From contig JBKHHD010000001.1 of assembly GCA_046539325.1 (NCBI GenBank), positions 1-64,000 of the forward strand: a stretch of DNA of 64,000 nt, read 5' to 3'. Source of the DNA: Candidatus Aenigmatarchaeota archaeon. GTDB taxonomy: Archaea; Aenigmatarchaeota; Aenigmatarchaeia; PWEA01. How positions within the stretch are numbered: the first letter of the stretch is position 1; every line of letters begins with the position of its first letter. A program made the position numbers and the translations under genes. Positions 57,484-64,000 of this stretch are shown one piece after another. The notes under the pieces were generated by a model that searched no databases, had not been told where the DNA came from, and saw only the letters and a program-made list of their open reading frames with translations.

Positions 57484-58806
57484 ATGCCAGGTAAGACTCC
57501 TATAAAGAAGGTAAGCACCAAGAAGGAAGTAAAGACCTTTTCCGAAGAGGTAGCACCCAAACTTGATCCAAAGGCAAGGAACATGTGCCTCAAGTGCCGG
57601 GGAGCAAAGAAGCTCTGCGGTAAGGAAAAATGCCCAGTTCTACAGAAATACTACTCACAGGTCGGTGATGAGAGGAAAAACAGGTTCGACACGAAGGAGA
57701 TAGAAGGGAACTCGCCGCCTTCTGTTTTTGTTGGAAGATACAACTACCCAAATGTCAACGTTGGTCCTCTTGTCCCTCCTGAGAAAGGCGACACGTCCAT
57801 ATACTCAAGACCTGAGAAATGGTTCGGCAGTGCAGGAATAAACGATATTATAGAGATGAGAGGGAGTCTTGCAAGAGGCAAAAAAAAGCTTTCCGGGGAC
57901 GCAAAAGTAAAGAATATAGGAAGGGATGAGCAGGAGGTTAGATACCTTGCGCTCTCAAAGAACCCAGCCGAGACCGAGGTCAAGTTCAAGAAGAATCTCA
58001 ACAATTCGATGAAGCTGGATGGAAGGTCACAGCCACATGGTCCTTCTGGTCCCATGGAGTCGTTCAGAAGAGGGACCATGAGCTCCGATCAGCGTCTGGA
58101 AAAAATATTCTACGACAAAGACCTTAAGGCAAACAAAGCCGTCAAAAAGCTGTACAGTAAAGGCGTTCCTGTCTCCAGAATACAGGACATATTTGCCGTT
58201 GGTGGTACCGGCATCAAGGACAACAGAAAGTTCGTGCCAACCAGGTGGAGTATAACAGCTGTAGATGACATTTTAGGAAAAGACCTGAGGAGAAGCGTTA
58301 AAGGCTATCAAAAAATAAACGAGTGGCGTGTATATGAAACCAACTACCTAGACAACCAATGGGTAATTATATTCACACCGGAAACCTGGCGCTACGAGCT
58401 TATAGAAGCCTTCTACCCTGAAACGACATGGAACCCTTCGAAGGACTCGATAACTATCTTCGGCGATCACGAGGAGTTCGACGGCAGAGACGAATACGCT
58501 TCTATTGGAGGCTGTTACTACTCGGCAAGGCTTGCTGTGCTGGAGAAGCTGGAGGAGGAAAGGAGACAGGCAGGAGCCATAGTTTTAAGGGAAGCAAAAC
58601 CTGGATATATACTTCCAGTGGGCGTATGGAACGTGAGGGAATCAGTGAGGAGCGCTCTCAAAGAAAGTCCTGTGAAGTTTGAAGATCGAAAGAAGACCTT
58701 TGAACATCTTAAACAGACACTGGACCTGGAATTCGGACAGTGGTTATCGGTCTCGAGGCTTCTCACAAGCAGGGAAAAACAAGAAAATCTCAAATCATTT
58801 ATTTGA
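57484..58806 (+). CDS. nreA: Nre-family DNA repair protein with C-terminal PIP box
   Basis: CLKCRG.K.LCG...CP, SPPSVFVGR..YP, VPTRWSITAVDD, GGCYY..RL, PVGVW.VRE; ends QENLKSFI. Confidence 0.92.
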   Translation: MPGKTPIKKVSTKKEVKTFSEEVAPKLDPKARNMCLKCRGAKKLCGKEKCPVLQKYYSQVGDERKNRFDTKEIEGNSPPSVFVGRYNYPNVNVGPLVPPEKGDTSIYSRPEKWFGSAGINDIIEMRGSLARGKKKLSGDAKVKNIGRDEQEVRYLALSKNPAETEVKFKKNLNNSMKLDGRSQPHGPSGPMESFRRGTMSSDQRLEKIFYDKDLKANKAVKKLYSKGVPVSRIQDIFAVGGTGIKDNRKFVPTRWSITAVDDILGKDLRRSVKGYQKINEWRVYETNYLDNQWVIIFTPETWRYELIEAFYPETTWNPSKDSITIFGDHEEFDGRDEYASIGGCYYSARLAVLEKLEEERRQAGAIVLREAKPGYILPVGVWNVRESVRSALKESPVKFEDRKKTFEHLKQTLDLEFGQWLSVSRLLTSREKQENLKSFI

Positions 58807-59293
58807 TATAGTAGCCTACACTATCTTCCTCGACCTTGAGGCTTTCATCGACCTTCTCTTTCATAGTACTGAGCAACTTGAGAACTCTTCCTTTGTCAAG
58901 TATATCGTTTTCGAAAATCGAGAGGGCAAGGTAGTCTTCACCCTTCCTTATAACGCCAGATGCTTTAGGATTCTCAGAGATATCTTCAACTGCTTCTCTG
59001 GATATCTCATCTATAGACCTGTAAAACTCCCTTTCCTTTACGGCAGGATACGGATCTCTTTTCATTGCATTCTCCCTAAGCCTCTCACCAACCTTTAATA
59101 CAAAGGCTGTATCAAAATTAGCGCCTGAAGCCCTCTCTAGCCAGTCCTTGTGTTCCTGAGGTATAGGATAGGAAAAGTAATCTTCGGTCACTAATCCAAG
59201 GGGAGGAATGTCTTCAGGAAAGTTTCCAATATCGTACTCAGAAAGAACCTCCCTGTATCTCTCACAATAACTATCCACTAAAGACTTCGACAT
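58799..59293 (-). CDS. Hypothetical protein
   Basis: 164-aa open frame with host-like composition. Confidence 0.6.
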   Translation of the reverse strand: MSKSLVDSYCERYREVLSEYDIGNFPEDIPPLGLVTEDYFSYPIPQEHKDWLERASGANFDTAFVLKVGERLRENAMKRDPYPAVKEREFYRSIDEISREAVEDISENPKASGVIRKGEDYLALSIFENDILDKGRVLKLLSTMKEKVDESLKVEEDSVGYYIK

Positions 59294-59332
59294 ATTTAGT
59301 TTACAAGTAGAAAAATATTTATTTTTTACTGT

Positions 59333-60421
59333 TCAGAATCTTAGCTCTACAACGTCCTCGTCCCTAAGTCTATGGTCCTCGCCCACCTTTTGGCCAGGGA
59401 ACTTCGCGCTGCCGCCCCAGATCTTAGCATACTTCAAATCCTTGGAAAACTTCTTGTCTAAGGATTCCATAATATCTTCCACTGTCGATTTCCTTTTAAC
59501 GATCAAAGGCTCCTCCCTGTCCGGTTCTTTTCCTCTTTTCTTCATATAAATTCTCATCATACCAAGTCCTTCCCACAGCCTTTTCTTGAACTCACCAAGA
59601 TTCTCGCTCTCTTCTGCCGAGACAAACACCCAGTCCTGCCTTTCCTCCTTCATTTTCGCCAGCCTTTCATCATCTATCTCATCCGTCTTGTTAAGGCAGA
59701 CTATACCGGGCATATAAACCCTGTTGTTCATTAGCCCGTCTATAAATTCGTCCAGACTTAAGTCCTCTCTAACTACAACCTTACAGTTTACGAAACCGTG
59801 GTCTTTAAGCACCTCCTTCATTGTTTCCTCTTCCAGATCAACGTCCTCGGTTGTTGAAATTTCTATTCCACCTTCTCCTCTTTCGAAAACGTCCATGTTA
59901 GGAGGCTTTTCGTTGAGCCTTATTCCAGAGCCGTAAAGCTCCTCCCTCATATCCTTGATCCTGTTAATGTTCTCGCTGTCGGCGACCAGAACGACCATAT
60001 CCGAGCTTCTCACCACGGACAGTACCTGCTTTCCACCACCCTTGTCCTCGGCAGCGCCGCTTATGAGTCCTGGTACGTCCAGTATCTGAATATTAGCTCC
60101 TTTGTATTCCATCATCCCAGGTATTACTTCGAGGGTTGTGAACTCGTAGCCCGCTACCTCAGAATCCGCGTTTGTAAGTTTGTTCAGAAGCGTGGACTTG
60201 CCCACGGAAGGTGGACCGACCAACGACACGGTTGCATCGCCTCTCTGTTTCACCGCGTATCCCTGGCCTGAGGCCTGACTCTCCTTCTGCTTCTGCTCCT
60301 TCTCCTCCTTCAATCGCGCTATCTTCGCCTTCAGGCGGCCGCGCTCAGTCTCCGTAGACTTGTTGACAGGCGTGTCCCTCAGCTTCTCCTTCGTCTTCTC
60401 TATATCATCCTCAAGAGCCAT
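59333..60421 (-). CDS. DRG/Rbg-family OBG-class GTPase with TGS domain
   Basis: GPPSVGKST, YEFTTL, DVPGLI, NKTD, WGGSAKFPGQKVG. Confidence 0.95.
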   Translation of the reverse strand: MALEDDIEKTKEKLRDTPVNKSTETERGRLKAKIARLKEEKEQKQKESQASGQGYAVKQRGDATVSLVGPPSVGKSTLLNKLTNADSEVAGYEFTTLEVIPGMMEYKGANIQILDVPGLISGAAEDKGGGKQVLSVVRSSDMVVLVADSENINRIKDMREELYGSGIRLNEKPPNMDVFERGEGGIEISTTEDVDLEEETMKEVLKDHGFVNCKVVVREDLSLDEFIDGLMNNRVYMPGIVCLNKTDEIDDERLAKMKEERQDWVFVSAEESENLGEFKKRLWEGLGMMRIYMKKRGKEPDREEPLIVKRKSTVEDIMESLDKKFSKDLKYAKIWGGSAKFPGQKVGEDHRLRDEDVVELRF

Positions 60422-60482
60422 GGTTTAAACTGGCAGGCAAAATGTATAAAAATTTTACCATAGAAACAGTACAGGTGAAAAA

Positions 60483-60842
60483 ATGTATGACGAAGAAAAT
60501 ATGCTACCGGTACAGAGAGAAATCTACGAAATAAGCAGCGAGGAAATAAGAGACTGGATCAAAAACAACGAAGGCTATGGAGAGACGAACGCGACAACAG
60601 TATCATCCATCGAGGAAAGCAAGAACGGGGAAGAATCCTGCATACACAAAATAATAGATCTGCGCCCGGAGGAAAACGAAGCAATAGAAGTGATAGGGAA
60701 AGAAAACGAGGGATTGAAAAACTACGTGGAAGTAAGAAAACATTCGGAAGACGGCATGGTGAATAATTACGAGGGTTGGATAAAATACACCGGACAGAGA
60801 GTTGAAGAGGTAGTCAGCTTCTTCGAGGAAAAACTTACTTAA
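60483..60842 (+). CDS. Hypothetical acidic protein
   Basis: AGGTGA SD and open frame. Confidence 0.6.
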   Translation: MYDEENMLPVQREIYEISSEEIRDWIKNNEGYGETNATTVSSIEESKNGEESCIHKIIDLRPEENEAIEVIGKENEGLKNYVEVRKHSEDGMVNNYEGWIKYTGQRVEEVVSFFEEKLT

Positions 60843-60864
60843 GATTTGCCTCAAAACCTGTTCT

Positions 60865-61665
60865 ATGAAGATCGAGGAAGTACAGTGCAAATCCACTCTA
60901 TCGAACACGAAGCTCTACGGTTTGGACTATTCTGTGAACCCCTACACAGGCTGCGGACATTCATGCGCCTACTGCTACGCCGTTTACATGAAAAAGTTCA
61001 CCGATCACGAGGAGGACTGGGGAAGCTTTGTGGACGTGAAGGTGAACGCGCCTGAGGTCCTGAGGAAAGAAGTGAAGAAAAAGGACAGTGGTTCCGTGCT
61101 CCTTTCCTCGGTGACGGACGCCTATCAACCATTAGAGGAAAGGTACGGAATTACAAGAGAGCTGTTGGAGATACTTCAGGAGAACGGCTTTTCCGTTTCT
61201 ATACTTACGAAGAGCGACCTGGTGCTACGTGACCTCGATGTCCTGAAGAAGTTCGACCACGGACGTCTGTCGGTTGGTTTCACCGTAAACTTCACAGAAG
61301 AAGAGGATAGAAAAATATGGGAGCCAGAAGCTTCGAGCATCGAGGAAAGGATAGAAGGTTTAAAGAAACTTCACGAGGAAGGAATACCGACCTACGTCCA
61401 CGTAGGTCCGTGGCTGGAGGGTATAACGGATCTGGAAAAAATACTGGAGAAAGTTGAAGACTACATATACGAGTTCCAGGTAGAGAACTTAAATAAGAAG
61501 AGGGGAGAGATTGTAATGAAGGTAATAAGAGAAAACTATCCAGGACTAGCTGAAAAGTATGAGCATATAATGGAAGATCTATCAGGCCACAACAAGAGGC
61601 TGAAAGAGGAAGCTAAAACACTGAGAAGGAAAAGTTCAGTTCCTGTGAAGGTATATGTCGATTAG
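60865..61665 (+). CDS. SplB-like (spore photoproduct lyase family) radical SAM protein
   Basis: NPYTGCGHSCAYCYA, SSVTDAYQPLE, LTKS.LVLRD, EP.ASS...R. Confidence 0.9.
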   Translation: MKIEEVQCKSTLSNTKLYGLDYSVNPYTGCGHSCAYCYAVYMKKFTDHEEDWGSFVDVKVNAPEVLRKEVKKKDSGSVLLSSVTDAYQPLEERYGITRELLEILQENGFSVSILTKSDLVLRDLDVLKKFDHGRLSVGFTVNFTEEEDRKIWEPEASSIEERIEGLKKLHEEGIPTYVHVGPWLEGITDLEKILEKVEDYIYEFQVENLNKKRGEIVMKVIRENYPGLAEKYEHIMEDLSGHNKRLKEEAKTLRRKSSVPVKVYVD

Positions 61666-61750
61666 GAATTAACCAAGAAAAATTCAAAGATTGTTCATGG
61701 ACAAAAGACTTATATAAATACCTGAATGATTAATTACGGAAGGTGTTAAG

Positions 61751-62503
61751 ATGTTTAAAGCAAAGCTATCGGATCCTTCACTGTTGAAGAACTCCGTAGA
61801 CACGATATCAGAGCTAATCCATGAAGGACTGTTCAAGATAGACTCAGAATCACTTTACATGAGAGCCGCAGACAGAGCAACAGTAGCTGTAGTTGACTTT
61901 GAACTGGGGAAGGAAGCTTTCGAGGAGTTTGAATGTGATGAAGAAACGCAGATAGGAGTAAACCTTGAAGGTCTTCTTGGCATTCTGAAGAGAGCAAAGA
62001 AGGACGACAGTCTTGCACTTGAGCTTTCAGAGGACGAATCCCGGCTAAAGATATCAATAGGCGACGGGACAAAAAGAGACTTTGAGATGCCCCTTCTTTC
62101 GATATCAGAAGGAGAAGTACCAGAAACAAAGCAGCTTGATTTTACAGCGGAGATGGAGCTGAAGAGCTCGGTTCTAAGCAAGGGAATAGCCGACGCAGAA
62201 ATTGTCGCGGACTCCGTTCTCTTCAGAACAGAGGAAGGAAGCCTCACACTTGTAGCTGACAGCGACTCAGGGAGCGTGGAAGCAAAGACAGAAAAAGGTT
62301 CTGAAGATCTGATGGAGATAAAGGTAGATAAGGAAACGGAAAGCAGGTATCCTCTGGAATACCTGAAGAAGATGCTGAAGGCCTCGAAGATATCTGACGT
62401 AGCTTCTCTGAAGTTTGGAGACGACTACCCAATGGAACTGAAGTTTGAGGAGCCAGGTCAGATAAAGATATCGTTTGTTCTTGCTCCCCGTGTCGAGGAC
62501 TAG
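61751..62503 (+). CDS. pcn: PCNA sliding clamp
   Basis: MFKAKL, AADRATVAVV, YPLEYL, DYPM, LAPRVE. Confidence 0.97.
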   Translation: MFKAKLSDPSLLKNSVDTISELIHEGLFKIDSESLYMRAADRATVAVVDFELGKEAFEEFECDEETQIGVNLEGLLGILKRAKKDDSLALELSEDESRLKISIGDGTKRDFEMPLLSISEGEVPETKQLDFTAEMELKSSVLSKGIADAEIVADSVLFRTEEGSLTLVADSDSGSVEAKTEKGSEDLMEIKVDKETESRYPLEYLKKMLKASKISDVASLKFGDDYPMELKFEEPGQIKISFVLAPRVED

Positions 62504-62527
62504 AGTGTGGGATCTGATTCGGGGTAG

Positions 62528-63796
62528 TTGAAAATGCATAGAAAGGAAATTATAGACTACTACAGTAAGGAAGAGGTAGTTAATTCTATTCTCAATGCCT
62601 CGAAGAACAGAGAAATAAGCGGAACACTGTCCAGTGGAGGCTATACCTCGAGGCCCAACGTTCTCCAGTATACAAGTGACCTTGAGGAAATGGTTAAAAA
62701 GGGCTGTGTCGCTTTCCACGGCTCCGTGGAAAGATGGAAAAACGCAATGAAGCTTGACACGAAAATGAGGAAGGAGGATATGGATCGGCTCAGAAAGGGC
62801 TGGGATCTTATTCTTGACATAGATTCCGATATAGGACTTGAAGGCGCAAAGGTTGCACTGAAAAGGATTGTAGACCTTCTAAAGGACTATGGAATAGAGA
62901 ACTATGGAATGAAGTTCTCAGGTAGAAGAGGATTCCATATAGTTGTACCGTGGAAGGCGTTTCCAAAAAAGGTCGACTTTGAAAGGACTGAAAAGCAGTT
63001 CCCGGAAATACCTCGGGCAATAGCAACATTTATCAGACAACAAATAAAGTCAGATCTTCTCCAGGATCTTATAGATCTCAAGGGCTCATTCCACAAGCTC
63101 TCAGAAGAACTGGAAGGCCACGCAGACAGAATGACCCCCTTTGCCTTCGTGGACGTAGAAAAGGACTGGGGAAAGAGGCATCTTTTCAGACTTCCCTACT
63201 CGTTGCACGACAGCACCTGGTTGGTTTCCTATCCGCTGAAGGAAAGGGAGGTGGAAGAGTTTGAGATGGAAGACGCTGATCCTGAAAACGTGGAGCTTGG
63301 AAGAAAGTTCATAAAGAATGTGGACAAAGGATGTGCCAAAGACCTGGTAGTTGACGCGATAAACTGGATGAGCAAGAGGAAGGAAAGGAAAGAAGACAAA
63401 GAGGAAGAAGTGGATGAAATAAAGCCCGAGGATCCTGTGCCAGAGGAAAGATTCCCACCTTGTATAAAGCATATACTAAAGGGCCTTTCAGACGGAAGGA
63501 AAAGGAGTGTATTCATCCTCATAACCTTCCTGAGGAGGATGAGCTGGGACTGGGAGAAGGTTGAAGAGAAGATTGATGAATGGAACGAAAAGAACGATCC
63601 ACCGCTGCGGGAGAACTACATAAACACGCAGCTCAAGTGGTTCAAGAGACAGGACCGCGAGATTGTAGCGCCGTCATGCGACAACGACCTCTACTACAAG
63701 TCCTTTGGTGTCTGCGACCCTGATGAAAAATGCAAACAGGGAACTGAAGAGATACAGATAAAGAATCCTATGGTTTACCCCTTCAAAAAGAAGTAA
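62528..63796 (+). CDS. priS: Single-chain DNA primase (PriS catalytic domain fused to the PriL C-terminal Fe-S domain)
   Basis: WDLILDID, FSGRRGFH, RLPYSLH; then FPPCI...GRKR...PSC...VC...KC...NP. Confidence 0.92.
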   Translation: MKMHRKEIIDYYSKEEVVNSILNASKNREISGTLSSGGYTSRPNVLQYTSDLEEMVKKGCVAFHGSVERWKNAMKLDTKMRKEDMDRLRKGWDLILDIDSDIGLEGAKVALKRIVDLLKDYGIENYGMKFSGRRGFHIVVPWKAFPKKVDFERTEKQFPEIPRAIATFIRQQIKSDLLQDLIDLKGSFHKLSEELEGHADRMTPFAFVDVEKDWGKRHLFRLPYSLHDSTWLVSYPLKEREVEEFEMEDADPENVELGRKFIKNVDKGCAKDLVVDAINWMSKRKERKEDKEEEVDEIKPEDPVPEERFPPCIKHILKGLSDGRKRSVFILITFLRRMSWDWEKVEEKIDEWNEKNDPPLRENYINTQLKWFKRQDREIVAPSCDNDLYYKSFGVCDPDEKCKQGTEEIQIKNPMVYPFKKK

Positions 63797-63828
63797 GTTA
63801 TTTAACTTTTGCCAGGAAATGGTAAAAT

Positions 63829-64000
63829 ATGGCAGATGAAGAGGACAGCGCTATAACATTTGAGACCTTCAGAAAGTTTCAGAGAAAGGAGAAGAAGAAC
63901 GAGAAGCTGCAGGAGCTGCCGGATGACTTCTTCAGAACCTGCGTACAGTGGATAAACAGAAAGGAGGAGAAGTTCGAGGAGAGCAGAGATTCGGCCCTGA
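63829..64000 (+). CDS. GINS subunit, N-terminal part (runs off the window edge)
   Basis: Hand translation MADEEDSAITFETFRKFQRKEKKNEKLQELPDDFF...; position after pcn and primase. Confidence 0.78.
   Translation, partial: MADEEDSAITFETFRKFQRKEKKNEKLQELPDDFFRTCVQWINRKEEKFEESRDSAL

Noticed and set aside
75-63522. Many antisense or overlapping ORFs in the track (Ser/Phe/Leu-rich, e.g. 48567..49448, 22512..23372, 4509..5087)
   Set aside because: They are shadows of Glu/Lys-rich genes on the opposite strand and show no motifs.
1-64000. CRISPR arrays, IS elements, integrases, rRNA, DGR repeats
   Set aside because: No regularly spaced direct repeats, transposase/integrase/reverse transcriptase motifs or rRNA-like segments were seen by eye; no att-like duplication of the tRNA-Pro 3' end was noticed.

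Overview
Archaeal chromosomal DNA, most likely from a DPANN lineage with a fairly acidic proteome. Evidence: a single-chain PriS-PriL primase in a pcn-primase-GINS run, GatDE, compact genes and GGTGA-type ribosome-binding sites; the taxon is inferred, not searched. Left to right: (1) 1-12.8 kb, an envelope-modification island with five radical SAM enzymes (three SPASM/Twitch-type paralogues, one Tes/COG1964-like, one B12-binding), an ATP-grasp enzyme, a frameshifted sulfatase-like gene, a GT-C-like membrane protein, a GT2, a flippase and a UbiA prenyltransferase; (2) 14.1-23.8 kb, eS26 coupled to a type IV pilus locus (ATPase, nine class III signal-peptide proteins, two TadB/C platform proteins); (3) gatD-Nudix-gatE; (4) 27.8-31.7 kb, an AT-rich four-gene operon (Asp/Glu racemase, two ATP-grasp ligases, S66 LD-carboxypeptidase) behind a possibly structured leader, which is the best candidate for an undescribed system; (5) surface proteins, tRNA thiolation genes, metG, and tRNA-Pro(CGG) with a D-loop intron; (6) mre11-NYN-rad50, herA, nurA, nre, a DRG GTPase, an SplB-like radical SAM, PCNA, the fused primase and GINS. 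Several genes missing from the ORF track were read by hand: three Cys-rich microproteins, a small membrane protein and two edge-truncated genes. A probable AUU start codon was also found. No CRISPR array, rRNA or transposase was seen. All calls come from motif recognition by eye, without database searches.
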